This document shows positions 46,743-58,659 of a DNA stretch of 64,000 nucleotides, one piece after another. The stretch is from assembly GCA_964019335.1 (NCBI GenBank), contig OZ025668.1, positions 1-64,000 of the forward strand, in the 5' to 3' direction. Within the stretch, counting starts at the first letter, position 1. Every line of letters starts with the position of its first letter. The notes below the pieces were generated by a model. That model was not told where the DNA came from. It searched no databases and was given only the letters and a program-made list of their open reading frames with translations. A program made the position numbers and the translations under genes. The stretch is from Diplonema japonicum. Its lineage: Eukaryota; Protista; Euglenozoa: Diplonemea.

Positions 46743-47853
46743 CTACTTACCCGACAATGCCCGCAACTTCGCTTGCAACTCATCTAAAGACGAGTTCCCC
46801 TCCACTGTTGCCTCTGTTTCGTCCTGCACCTCAGGCTGCTTTGGGAACTCATACTCCAATCCATTTCCAGCAGAGGTATCTTCTTGGCTGCTTTCAATGA
46901 CTGTCATCCCCCACTCGCCGTCTGTGACGGGAGGCAGGGCCTTTGGTTCTTCTTTCACAACATTTACCTCTTTCACCTCTCTGTCTTTATACTCCCGCTG
47001 CCTCTTCAGGCATACTTTACTCGTGCATTCTGGGTTCGGTTTGAGCAAGATGTTCGGGAAGTTATCAGTGAGCGCATCGTACCCCACATAAGGGGAGACA
47101 GAACCAAATCTGCTTTTTTTTGGAATGTGTGGTTGGTCATGCATACTCGAGGAGGTACTTCAGAGCATTCTGTGCTAAGAAACCAGCGATGATGCCCATG
47201 GTAGTGGGGAGTGATGCTGCGCAAACACCTTCTCTTTTTACCTGGCTGTCTCCCTGTGCTACAACCAGCGGCGGGATGCACTGGTAGCATGGCGTGCTGC
47301 CAGGTATGAGAAGTTGGATGTGGCCAGAGACGGCATTTTCCGAGACGCCACTCTCCATCCATGTCTGGCGCAGCTCCAGGCAGGCGAGGTTGATGGAGAG
47401 GCGCGCGTCGAAGTTGTCAACACAGGAGAGGACCAGGTCCACAGGGCCGCCTGTCTTGCTGCCCTCCTGCAGGCGCGACTCGAAGTGGTCGAAGTTCTCA
47501 GTGGTTGTGATGTTGTAGTTGTGGCACTCAAAGGTGACGTCGGGGTTGATGCTTTTCAAGGTGTCTGCGGCAGCCTGCACCTTGCTGAGCCCGCACTGAT
47601 GACGTTGGTAGAAAAGCCTGTTCATGTTGGCCAGCTCCACCGTGTCGTAGTCAAAGAGCAGCAGCTTTCCTACACCGCATCTCGTCAGCATTTCACCCAC
47701 CACACTCCCTACACCCCCCACACCCACGATCGCCACTGTTTTGTCCAGGATCCTTTCGTAGTCCTTCACAACACCCATGCCCTGCAGGGCCATCAGTCTG
47801 CTGTACGGGTTGTCATCGCGCACCTCAGAGCTTATCCTCCCTTTGCGCTCCAT
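46743..47853 (-). CDS. UBA5: UFM1-activating enzyme UBA5; intron 47110-47146
   Basis: [55 protein letters not shown]; a 37-nt intron joins ...LLE|[10 protein letters not shown]. Confidence 0.95.
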
Positions 47854-49167
47854 CTGTACAGGAAAGTAGAGGTCAGGATTGAGAAAGGAAGAAAAATAAC
47901 AACTATGGTACCAGAACGGAAAACTGACGGACCGAAAAAAAAAAGGCGGGGAGAAAGAAGGGGACCGACGAAAGACAAACAGTGCAAAAGCGCCTTATGG
48001 TAATGCCGTGGGGGGGGGGGGGGGGGGGTTCTTGGGTCAATTAATTTGTTTTTTCTTCTTTTCTTTCATTTTTTTCTCTTTTTGCGCTTGACGCAACCTG
48101 GAAAAAAAAAAAAGAAAAATAATTTTCTTTCTTCTTTTTTCTCTTAGCATCTTGTAGTTGTTGTAACACGTTTTTCTTTTTCTATTCTTTCTATTCTTTA
48201 TATATTTTCATAGCGTTCGACTCGTGTGATCCAAGATAAGTGCAATTGTTGCCGCTCTCAAACACCTCTTCCCGTACTCGAAACCATGGAAAAAAACTAC
48301 GTGATGAAAAGATTCATGATACGACAAAGAAATGCAGAACGGCTGGGGTGGGGGGATGGAAGGAGGAGAAAAAAAAATTTTTCAAATAAAAAAATTACAA
48401 TTCTGAAAACTCTCGTGAAGCGATTAGGATCATCACAAAAGATCACCACCCCTTCTTATCTTCTGAAACTTCAATAGAAGTGCGACAGAAGAAAGTTACC
48501 TCATCCATTTTGTTTGTATACAACTAGCTCGCGGCATGTTGCTGTTATGTTTGCTATAAAAAAAGGGGGGGGAACGAAAAAAGGAGGGAAACGTATTTCA
48601 ATAAAACTTCAGTGTCATAAAGTGAAAAAAAAAGTAGTTGGACAACACCAGCGCTCATTAGGCGGCTGGACACACTATGAGAAACATAAAAAAATAATTA
48701 AAAAGTACAATGTTTTGTTGTCCAACAAGGGACAACGGTAGGGTAGCGTGAAGAAAAACGAAACTCCTCTCTTTTTATGAACAAGAAATTCACCATGGCG
48801 GGGGAGTTGGTAACAAAAAAAAACCCCCCCCCACCACCCGAGAAGAAAGAAAAAAAAAAGAGACATTTAAGTAAAAAAGAAAAAGACAAGCAAACCACTC
48901 AAGAAGAAAATCTTAATGACCCCCCCGAACATTTGCTTCTCAATATCTTGAAAATCAAGCAATCCTTAGGAGGCTAAGAGTTTTCCCTTAAAGACATTGA
49001 AGCAAGCAGTCGACGTAATGATGCTGGGGGTGGGGGGTGGGGGGATAAGACCCCCCTGTCAAAGCCTAAACTATGTTCTATGAACAAAGGCACCGTGGTA
49101 AGGGGGGGGGGGGGGGTGAAAACAACAATAGATCGGGAAAGGATACTAACTTTCATTTTATTGATTT

Positions 49168-51869
49168 TTACATCAGCGAGCATCCCTTGCTGTGTGGGGG
49201 TGATGACATTCCTTAAGCATACCTGACTGATGGATGCCACTCAACTATGCCAGAGGTATGGACACACACGATGGCATGGGTACCAGCGATCAGCTGTAGA
49301 TGTTGCAATACTCTTACAATGCATACCACACGCCTGGCCTCACCCACGTTAGGAGGAGGCAGCTCGCCCAGCAGCTCGCCTGTCTTGTTGCCTAGCTTGT
49401 ACAAGCGCAGCGACGCAGAGTCATTGACGATGATGACGCCGTCGTATCGTGTGCCATGCAGGTCGTAGGCATTGCGGCATGAGTGGCTCCAGCTGCTGAT
49501 GTAGGATCCTGTGCTTGCGTTCCATAGCGTGAGGGTAGTCCTCAGGTTCCTCTCAAGGTTCGTTACGTGTTCCATGGCCACCACCCCGTCGCACACTGAC
49601 AGCGTCTGCACCTCCCCTGCAGGCTTCGACCCCGGGTGGTTGAACGTCTTGCTCCCCACCAGCCGCCCTGTGTTCCTTTTCCCAACGCTCATCCACACGC
49701 ACACTGTCGACCCGCTGTCCAGGCCCGCAATGAAGGGCGGGTCCACCACGACACACCGCCACGGGCCCTCTTGTGGGATGCTCCCCTCAAGCTCCACTTG
49801 GTCGCGATCCTCAGGATTGCACTTTGTCAGCCCCAACGACAGTGGTCCGTGCAGTGAGCCCATCACCAAGGCGTCGCCCCCTGCAGCTGTCACCTCCCAG
49901 TCGTCTGTTTCGACCTTCCACTCGAACTCAGACCGCGTCACGTTCCAACAGCGAAGTTGTCCCTGCCCACCAATCACCACCAGGTCGCCGTCAGCCACTA
50001 CCGTCTGCACGCTGGGGAAAGGAATCGACGAGAGTTCCTTGCCGGTGGTGCCCAGCTGGAACAATCGGAGGCACGGCGCGCCCTTATTTGCACAGCAGAA
50101 AACAGGGTTCTGGTCATTGGGGTATGCCACAGCGGCTAGCTGGTGAGGCCAATCACGTTGGTAGGCCTTGGCGCCATTCTTCCAGGTTCGTATCAAACCC
50201 GTGTGCTCAGGCTTCTGGGTGCTCGGCCTCATGAGCGATGCAGGAGGCGCCCGTGAAGAGTGGCAACTGCCACTTGAGTTCATGTTGTGGGGAACTTGCT
50301 GCGTTGCAGGGAACTCTAGCTCTGTCGGCAAACTACTCTTGCTCTGCTTCAGCGTCTGGTCATTGATGATTTGCTTCATCATTTCCTCGTCCCTGCTCAC
50401 GATGCTTGCACTGGGCTGCCGTTCTCCGCTCTTACATGTGGTGCAAGATGCATCCATCTTCCTGTCTTTAGTTTCCTTCGGTCGCAGCTCAGGCTGTACC
50501 AGTCGGGGAGAGCGGGGCGACTCTCTCAGCGACTCCCTCAGTGATTCCCTCAGAGTGTCCTTTTCAGGATCAAGAACGAGGGAAGGCAGGTCGTGGACGT
50601 GGCTCTTTTTTTTGACAGCGCTATCAACATTTCCAAAGTTGGGAACGGACTCTGGCTTGGCAGTGGGAGATGCAGGGCCCGAGTCCTGTGGTTGAGACTT
50701 CGGGGAAGAGGGCGAGACGGTGGTGTCGAGTGTGGTTTGCGAAACTGTAATTGTTATTAGTAGACGGGGCATACCCGTGTCATGCATGTCGATTGGAGGC
50801 AGTGTTGTCAGAGGCTTGCACTGTGGGGGTTATGGTAGTGAATAAAACATACTTGCTTGATTTCAGTGTTGCTGCTTCGAATCGTATCGCTGCAAGGAGA
50901 GAGGGCAAGCGAGTGAGAGAGAGATGTGTGTGTTTGCTGCAGCTGAGGTGCGTTCTGCGATAGTGTGGGGTATACCTTGCGAGGAGACCCTAAAAGGTCA
51001 GCCGCTTTCCGCTCAATAAGTGTTACCTTCACAGAGTTAGGAACCGTTTCAAACAGAGACTCAAGTTGCGTGTCAGGGTCATCCATCTTCGTGCCGTTTA
51101 GCATGAGCACCTGATCCTCAACGGGGACGGAAAGCACTGCTTGTACCGCACTCCGGATATCCGCCACAGTCTCGATGTCCTCCAGAACTGTCGAGCCGTG
51201 CGCCCCGGTCACTTCCACCTGATACGCAGGTTCTTCTGATTCTGATGCCTCAGGCACGTTCTTCGGTGCTCCCAGATCTACTTCGAGAACAGGTTGAAGG
51301 GGCACCAAACCCTTCAAGGCAGGTTCCGGCTTCAAGAAAAACTGTGACATTGTAGGCTTGAGAGGGCCCGACTCCGAAACAGAAAGGGGCAGCATGATGG
51401 AAGGACTGAACCTTGGCTTTGCTTCTGTAATAGAATGCCACTGCGGCGTGGGAGTCCAGGTGCCTTCTGAAGATACTTGGACTATGCTTGGCGAGGAGTT
51501 GATTGAGCGTAAGGAGAGAGGTGTCTGGAGAAGCGGGGTGCCAAGGAGATCCTTGTCACTGGAAGGTAGAGGCCTTGGTTGGTTTGGAAAGGGAGAAGGT
51601 GAGGGTGCGGATGCTGGTGTGGGCTTTGGTGGGCTGCTCATCCTGGCATGATCAAGAAGTGCCTCCGGGAGAGACGGGTTCAAGAACAAGTCTGCCTCGG
51701 GCTTCTGCCGTTGCGATCGCCTTCCTTGCTTCTCGAGCTGCGTGATCAGAACCTGCTGCTGGTGGATTAAAGAGGCGAATTGGTGGATCTTAATATCATT
51801 GTCGTCGACGCTACTCCCCTCGCTCTGAGGGGTCGACTGGCTGTCGCACGCTCCGCATCTATCGTTCAT
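49168..51869 (-). CDS. Ubiquitin-like domain + beta-propeller-like domain protein ending in CaaX (CSLM); introns 50821-50852, 50745-50774, 49190-49222
   Basis: TVADIRSAVQAVLSVPVEDQVLMLNGTKM (UBL); WD-like strands; the last 33-nt intron yields ...SKGCSLM*. Confidence 0.75.
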
Positions 51870-52106
51870 TTAACATCCCCTGCATGCATGGACGGGAACA
51901 CGAGAAACAATACTTAAATTCTAAAAGAGTGGGGCACAAGCAAAAAAGGGGACCAAATACAAAAGGAAAGGATGCACAATCTCTAGTCTATTACAATCCT
52001 TTGCGTCTATCACGAAATGGATAAACAGCAAACTGCCAGAATGTCGGAATTATTTATTCTCTTTACAAACTAAACATTGACACTTATTAATTACAAATAC
52101 CTTTAT

Positions 52107-53522
52107 CTACGGCACAATGATCCTCGGTCTGGAAGGCCTGGTCTTGAGATTGAAGGCAGAGGGGGGCAGCAACTGATTGGTGATGGGGCACCTGAAGAGT
52201 ATCTTGCGCTCATCGCGCATCCCGACGCCGTTATGTGTCATGTGTGGCCCGCATTCCTTAGCAGCCTTGGCAGCTTCTGCGGCTTGCTTAAGAGTCATCT
52301 GCTCAGAAAGCACCTGCCTAAACTTGTCTTTCTTGTACTTGGAGAAGGCATCTTCACTCTCTTTAGCGGCAATACTCTGCAGTCGGTCTCTTTCGGCACG
52401 CTGTTTGTCTGCCTCCATGGTCTTGCTGCGCTCAACGAAGTCGTTATCAGCCTTCTGGTGCATGACGTCCTGCTGTGCATTTCTTGCCTGTACATTCCTT
52501 TCACGGGCCATGACTTTCTCTCCGAAGATTCTGGCCTTCTCCTGTTCGGCTTCATTTGCGATGTAAGCGGCGTGTCTCATCTCCCTCTGTCGTTCCCTGT
52601 TTGTCTCCTCCTGCTTGTACATCTCCTGCTCCTCCCAAGCCTTCCTCATCAGTTCCCCTCGCTGTCTCACCACCTCCTTCGGGACCTCATACCCACCGAT
52701 CTCAAACCCGTCTATGTGCGGCTTCATGCGGCTTCTCGCTTCCTCTTGCAGCATCCTGTCGCGCTTGTCCTGAATAACCTTCTGCAAGTCTGCCCGCCAC
52801 TGGGCTTTACCATGCTGCTTCTTTTCCATTTCTTGCAGTTTGTCCTGAACAGCTCCATCGTAGTTTCTATCTTGGACGGCCCTAGCTCGTTCCTCGTTCT
52901 GCATTTCCTGAAGCATCTTCTCCTGGTCGCGTGCCTTCTTGTCCTCGTTCCATGCAACGATCTCGTTACGCTGCTTTGCCTTCTTGGCATTAACAAAGTC
53001 CTTCTCCCTCTGCAGTGACATGCGGTCGTGTGTGATTGCTAGCTCAGTGATTCTCGTACTAGCCTCCTGCTTGAGGGCGTTTTCTTCCGCTTTCTTTCTC
53101 GAGAGTTCTAGGTTGCAGATGTTGTTGCATGGAACAGCAGAGTCGTAGACCTCGTACTCTTGCATTCTACCTCTCGGGCCTCGGATGTACACAGTCTTGT
53201 CCCAGACGGGTGGCGGGCCTGGCGGCTCCGTGATAACCGTTTCGTGTCTTGCCTTGTTGATGTCTCTTGGGTGAGTAGGAGACAATGCCATCTCCCGCCA
53301 TCTGCTCACACTCCCGGAATCCTTGCCAGTTGGCGTCCGTGGCGGGCCACTAGGCACAACTACCACAGCTGTCTTCTTTTCGGGAGGTCTTGATGAGTTA
53401 GCTCTCGGAGGCCTAGCAATAGGCTTCACAATCTTTGCCTCGGCTGACGGCGCATGGTGCCCGCCACCTGTGAACGGCACCGAAACTCCCAAGTCACCCA
53501 ACATGTCATATCCCGAACCCAT
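52107..53522 (-). CDS. Extended E/K/Q/R-rich coiled-coil protein (possibly flagellar/cytoskeletal)
   Basis: 471-aa ORF, long charged helix, C-terminal RCPITNQLLPP. Confidence 0.8.
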   Translation of the reverse strand: MGSGYDMLGDLGVSVPFTGGGHHAPSAEAKIVKPIARPPRANSSRPPEKKTAVVVVPSGPPRTPTGKDSGSVSRWREMALSPTHPRDINKARHETVITEPPGPPPVWDKTVYIRGPRGRMQEYEVYDSAVPCNNICNLELSRKKAEENALKQEASTRITELAITHDRMSLQREKDFVNAKKAKQRNEIVAWNEDKKARDQEKMLQEMQNEERARAVQDRNYDGAVQDKLQEMEKKQHGKAQWRADLQKVIQDKRDRMLQEEARSRMKPHIDGFEIGGYEVPKEVVRQRGELMRKAWEEQEMYKQEETNRERQREMRHAAYIANEAEQEKARIFGEKVMARERNVQARNAQQDVMHQKADNDFVERSKTMEADKQRAERDRLQSIAAKESEDAFSKYKKDKFRQVLSEQMTLKQAAEAAKAAKECGPHMTHNGVGMRDERKILFRCPITNQLLPPSAFNLKTRPSRPRIIVP

Positions 53523-53634
53523 GCTACCTGTTATCTACGAGAAGGGAAAGTAAGGTAATAAAAATAATCCATGGACGCAAATAAAGGAAAAGCTATGTGA
53601 AAACAAGCTCAATGGTAAAGGCACCAAGAAAAGA

Positions 53635-55170
53635 TTAACGCTCCAAGCGAACCCTTTCTATCATAATTGCAATCCAACCGTTAGCTTCGCGTTCACGCAC
53701 AATGCAAGGCCACGCAGGAGATACCTAGGTATGTGTCGCAAGCACAGGCACACGAGAACATACCGGCTTAGGTGGAAAGGAAGCCTCTACCCCTTGCATC
53801 GATATAACGTTCATCACAGCTTTGACTCTCTGTGCGGGTGGGTGTTGCTTGTAACATACCTCTGGTTGGTCTTGTGTGGCTCTGGAGACCAGCGACAGGC
53901 ACTTCTCATGCCAGCATTGCAGCGACACAGTGAAATGCCTCTCTGCCATGAAGAATTGGTTTGTCTTAGCATTGTAAATTGTGAAGCATGTACCGCCGAA
54001 GAGGTCATAGTTGGGGCCATCGGGAAGGAAGGATGCCAGAACCGCCTTGTCGAACGACGTGTCCTTGTCGGCTAGTGCCTTCCGCAGCGCCCTCTCCATC
54101 TGCATGGTCACAACACCTATTCTTGCATGCATTCCAGCTTTCTTCTTCCTCCACAGTCGTTGGAAGCGCAACACATAGCTACGCAGTTTACTCATTCCCA
54201 TATAAAAATACCCCGCTTGCTTAGCACAGTTCAGCGCATGCTTCACAATGTCGGCCGCCTTAATCTTCCGTTGATGGACTGCCTTCTTCCGCTTGTCGTT
54301 CAAACCGGCTACCATTCGCAACACCCCCGGATTTGCCTTTCGCTTCTTGTACCGCCGCCAGAAGCGTTGTATCCTTCTGACGTGGATGCCGAGGTGCAGC
54401 TCCTGAAAGACGTGAACGAAAACCTGGTACCGCTTGTACATCCTGCTCAGGATAAGGGCAGCTACAGTGACGGTGCACCACTTGTTGGCCCGTTTCTGAC
54501 GGGCGTTCTGTTTCGTGTACTCTGACGAAGGATCGAATCGCAACATCCTCACGAAGTACTCGTCGTCTAGTTGCTGTTTCGTCTTCCTCACGCGGCGTTC
54601 TCTTCGTTCCAAGGACCTCAGCTTGTTTCGCCGCAGCTCCACCTTCTTCGAAGGCGAGCACTGCACAGACGTGATGCAGTTCAGGCGTTGAAAATCAACA
54701 CTGCACTGCTGCTGTTTCTTCAGCAGCAGGCAGGCCACCACCTTCTCCTCCAACTCCCTCCTCAGCACCTCATTGTTGCGGAACATCTCCACACGGGACA
54801 TCGTGCTCGTATGCGGTGACCTAGTAGATGGACCATCCAGGTTCTTCTTGGGTTTGCGGTACTTGCTTTTTATTTCCGGCATGCTGATCACATTTGAGGG
54901 GGTGGGGCTCATGTTCATGGACTTTGGAAATTCTTTCCTTATCAGCACAGGAATGTACTCCTTAAGTGTATCGACAGGGGCGACAGGGGGGTTCAGCAAC
55001 CCGTAGAGGTCACCGGCCCTTATGTTTGCAGCGCGGGAAAATACACTAAGGGAGTCACAAGCCATACTGCCATTCTTCCATGTAAGGCAGGGAAGTGCCT
55101 CGCACCGCTCGTTCGGCTGCGTCAACCTAAACACGCGTTCATCACATGGTGTACTATCTACCTCAGACAT
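53635..55170 (-). CDS. IQ-motif-containing basic protein; introns 53830-53859 and 53725-53763
   Basis: RIQRFWRRY and RFQRLWRKK IQ-like motifs; 30- and 39-nt GTATGT..AG introns. Confidence 0.75.
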
Positions 55171-55283
55171 GTCATTTCTTCCTGTGGTGCATAGACAGCT
55201 AGATCGAGAAAGACACAATCATCGGGTTAAAGATAGGATACTGTAGCGCAAGGAAGCTGGTTCGCTTGCAGTTCTCTGTTGAA

Positions 55284-56354
55284 TCAGGCAGACCAGATGT
55301 CACCCACTGTGTAACCCTCAGGGAAAGGGTCAGTGGGGTGCACCACAACATCGCAGTACTGTGTGATCCATGCCTGCCCCGTGATAGAGGGCAGAATACC
55401 TTGTTTACCGTTTGAGATCTCTGCCGTAGACTCGATGACACCCACGAAGCAGGTGTCGATGATAGACCTATGGTGGAACGGTGTCTTGGGGCTCAACTTG
55501 CCTCTGGAAAACAATGTTGCCATGACAGCGCAGGTGCCTGTACCGCACGGGGAGCGGTCTATCATTGCAGTCCATGTCATCTCGTCATCCCATCTGAGCT
55601 CACCATTAGACATGATGACAGTGTTTCTGTTCACGCCGCCCTCCTGATCAACGAAGACCAGGATGTCCGGTCCTGGGTAGTCATACTCAGGGTGGTTTAC
55701 GGGGTGTTGCTCCTTTGCGGCAGCCTTGATCACCTCACCAAGCCTGCACAGTGCTTTGCCGTTGGCAGGCTTTATCTCGATGCCTGTCTGCTTGATGGGC
55801 ACCACTGCGTACCACATACCACCGAATGCAATGTCGATGGTTACGGACGACGGCAGCCCTGCCGCCTGCGGGAGCTTCACCACTACGTCCCGTTTCTCGC
55901 ACCACGAAGGCACGTTATACAACGTGACGGCCTCTGCTTTGCTGTTCGTGACCTTCACTGAGACGTTGATGAGGCCGGCAGGTGTCTCGAGGACAAAGTC
56001 TGTCTTGGGCTCCGTGACCACAACCATGTTGGTCTCGACTATAACCGTCGCCACGCACATCAAGTTGTGCCCGCTCATGGCGGGGTACACCTTGCCCTGC
56101 TCCACGATAATCACGCCGTAGGCAGCCTTTTCATCACAAGCAGGGACAATGTAGTCCGCATTCTGGCAAGGGTACCCTCGAGGCTCCGTCAGTAACAGCT
56201 TCCTCACATGGTCAAGCTTTTCCATGCAGTACTGCCTTTTCTCAAGCATAGTCGTGCCTTCCACAGAAGGCAGACCGTCGATGACGACCCGTGCAGGCTC
56301 ACCGCAGCAGTGCGCGTCGACAGTTTTGATGTGCTTCACATCGCTGCCCCACAT
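55284..56354 (-). CDS. Proline racemase-family enzyme with Ser/Cys catalytic pair (probable hydroxyproline epimerase)
   Basis: DAHCCGEPARV, EPRG, MSGHN, ETPAG, DRSPCGTGT; intronless. Confidence 0.92.
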   Translation of the reverse strand: MWGSDVKHIKTVDAHCCGEPARVVIDGLPSVEGTTMLEKRQYCMEKLDHVRKLLLTEPRGYPCQNADYIVPACDEKAAYGVIIVEQGKVYPAMSGHNLMCVATVIVETNMVVVTEPKTDFVLETPAGLINVSVKVTNSKAEAVTLYNVPSWCEKRDVVVKLPQAAGLPSSVTIDIAFGGMWYAVVPIKQTGIEIKPANGKALCRLGEVIKAAAKEQHPVNHPEYDYPGPDILVFVDQEGGVNRNTVIMSNGELRWDDEMTWTAMIDRSPCGTGTCAVMATLFSRGKLSPKTPFHHRSIIDTCFVGVIESTAEISNGKQGILPSITGQAWITQYCDVVVHPTDPFPEGYTVGDIWSA

Positions 56355-56442
56355 CTTGTGTATAGCCCGTGGTGCTTCCTTTTTCTAAAATAATTTTAAT
56401 TCCAAAATATGAAATTATATAAAATACAGCACTATACGTTCG

Positions 56443-56841
56443 TTAAAAGAGGAGCATCGCCGCAACGAGAGCGGCCCATGCACCGACGGCAGCAGTGTGC
56501 AGGAGGTACGCATGTTGAGCAACAGCTGACAGTTCATATTTGTCGCCAGTCAGCTTGTCGAGTGACGCCTCAATGCTGCGCTGCGTTGTGATAAGTGAGA
56601 ACTTCTGCTCCTCGAGCACTGCAGGGTACAGCCACCGCGTGAGGATGTTGTCGTACCGTGCATGAACGTGGTGCGACCGCCACCGCACTGCCTCAAGCTG
56701 CTGCTTCAGCGTAACCTCGCTGTCGGCTATCCGTCGGCTGGTCTCTTCTAGCTCTTTGCGGGCGTCAAGGTACACCCCTGACAAGCACATTGCCACCACC
56801 AACACCACAACATTCAAAGCCCTGCGCACCCTCTTATCCAT
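56443..56841 (-). CDS. Small membrane protein (N- and C-terminal hydrophobic segments around a coiled coil)
   Basis: 132-aa ORF on the gene strand, with GC content like neighbouring genes. Confidence 0.7.
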   Translation of the reverse strand: MDKRVRRALNVVVLVVAMCLSGVYLDARKELEETSRRIADSEVTLKQQLEAVRWRSHHVHARYDNILTRWLYPAVLEEQKFSLITTQRSIEASLDKLTGDKYELSAVAQHAYLLHTAAVGAWAALVAAMLLF

Positions 56842-57014
56842 TTCTCCCGTTCATGTTTGTTCCTTTTTCTTTTTTGAGCTTTAAGCAGAAGTCATCGAGT
56901 TTTCAAAGTCTCTTAAGGAGGGAGATGAAATAAAACGGCTAAGGTCGGAAAGAAGGGGGGAGTGGGGGAAGGCTATTAAAAGCTGTGAAATACACCACAG
57001 GACAAACAAGAATA

Positions 57015-57115
57015 AGAGGAACTGGCTTTGTTTGTGCACCGGAGTAGAAACTCGGAAAAAGCTTATAACCCGTAAAACACGTTGCCATTGTTAGACAAGT
57101 CAAAGACTGTTCTTG
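57015..57115. repeat. Family B block
   Basis: Matches 29963-30073. Confidence 0.75.
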
Positions 57116-57429
57116 AATAAAAAAAAAACAAAAAACAAAAGAGTTGGCGGTTTTTTGTGCAACCTTCCGCAGGATAAAACCGACCTTTCTTTTGTTTGTG
57201 CAAGGACTGTTTTGCCCTGCAGAAGGTTAAAAATCGAACAAAGCTGCCTCGACTCTTTTAGCAAAAAACAATTCATTTACAATTTATTGTTTTCTTTCTT
57301 GTTCAAGCAAAAGAAGGGGACAAAAATGTGAGGAAAAAAAAGGCTGAGACACCTTTGACCCCCCCCCCCCCCCCCCCAAGCTCCTAAGCATGGATGGAGT
57401 GAACAGAAACTCGCAATTCTTCGTCCTTA

Positions 57430-57627
57430 GTGTTGGTGGCGCCATGCAAGCACCGTCTACTTGATGACAGGGGTGCACCTCGGCCGCGCTTCGTGTCATT
57501 AACGCGTAGAGTGGGCAGCTCAACCCCAGCCGTGGCGTCCCGGGTAACCAAGATTCTGCGCTCGTGCAGTTTGCTGCCTGTTCGCAACCCTGATTAATAC
57601 TTATTTATACCTCCATGTTACCCCCAC
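57430..57627 (-). mobile_element. SL-family SINE-like element, copy C (internally deleted, SL lost)
   Basis: Shares CTACTTGA..ACAGGGGTGCACCTCGGCC and CGGGTAACCAAGATTCTGCGCTCGTGCAGTTTGCTGCCTGTTCG with the other copies. Confidence 0.85.
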
Positions 57628-58302
57628 AAAAAAAAAGAAAATCGATCATGACTTTCGTACTCCCGAGCCACCTCTAGGAATGCACAGGGAGGGGGAGGGG
57701 TGGGGAGGGGGAGGGGTGTTATAGACAAACCTTACCTTTTTTCTTTTTTTCCTTGTTTCTTTCCCAACTGTTTTTTTTTTTTGCAACTAAGGTCGAAAGA
57801 GGGTGTTCTTCCTTTTCTTTTTTGGGGGGAGAGGGGAAACATCAGGTGTAATATGTTCGCAACTCTTCTCAAAAAAATAAGAAAAGACAAGAACGCTGGG
57901 CTGTCCGTGCTGGGGTAGAAACCTGGAGGGTTTGCAACGAAAACACGAAGTCAAAAGACTCGTTCTTAGAAACACTTTCGCACTCTTGCTTATGGAGGGG
58001 TTGCTTCGCTTTTCTTTAAAAAGAAAAAAAAATCATCGTCCACATGACTCGCGCGTTCGCGTATCACTCATATGTGTCTTGTTAACAATTCAATGAAGTA
58101 AAGCGTGAAGCAACCACACGAGCTTTCTGCATCACGCGAACCCGACAAAAAGTACTCATTCTCTATCTCAATCGCTCTATTCTTCTTCTTATTTTCCTTC
58201 TTTTTCTCGTTTTGTTGTTCGACAACCCCCATAGCAGTGCGGAAAGAGTTACAAGTGTAAATGATAGTGATGTGTAATGTGGAAAGAAAAAAAGAAAAAA
58301 AA

Positions 58303-58659
58303 TGGGGCTTTGATTGCAACACTAGGTGGCGTTAAGCGTGCAATGAAGCACGAACTACCTACTTGATTACAGGGGGCGCTCCTCGGCCGAGCAGTAGCTT
58401 CTTCTGCGTTCCGCGTCGTGTCCTTAATGCGTGCGGTGTGCTCAACCCTAGCCGGGGCGTCCCGGGTAACCAAGATTCTGCGCTCGTGCAGTTTGCTGCC
58501 TGTTCGTCACCCTGAGCATCTGCGTTACGTCTTCCACTCGGGCGCTACCGGTGATGACCGACGAGGAGGTCAACAGCGAACAACACATCTGATGTACTTC
58601 TTATATTTTCATGTTATCCCCACAATAAAGTACAGAAACTGTAGCTTTAGAATCGTTGG
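58303..58659 (-). mobile_element. SL-headed SINE-like element, copy D (SL exon at 58623-58659), the longest copy
   Basis: 37-nt SL plus about 320-nt body; lies about 65 nt downstream of the PP2C stop codon. Confidence 0.88.

Noticed and set aside
57660-57690. ingi/SIDER 79-bp signature-like GCCACCTC..TGC.CAGGG
   Set aside because: Too short and degenerate, and single-copy in this window.
58550-58594. C/D snoRNA or hammerhead within the SL-SINE (GTGATGA...CTGA)
   Set aside because: Boxes only about 40 nt apart with no terminal stem; hammerhead GAAA core absent on both strands.
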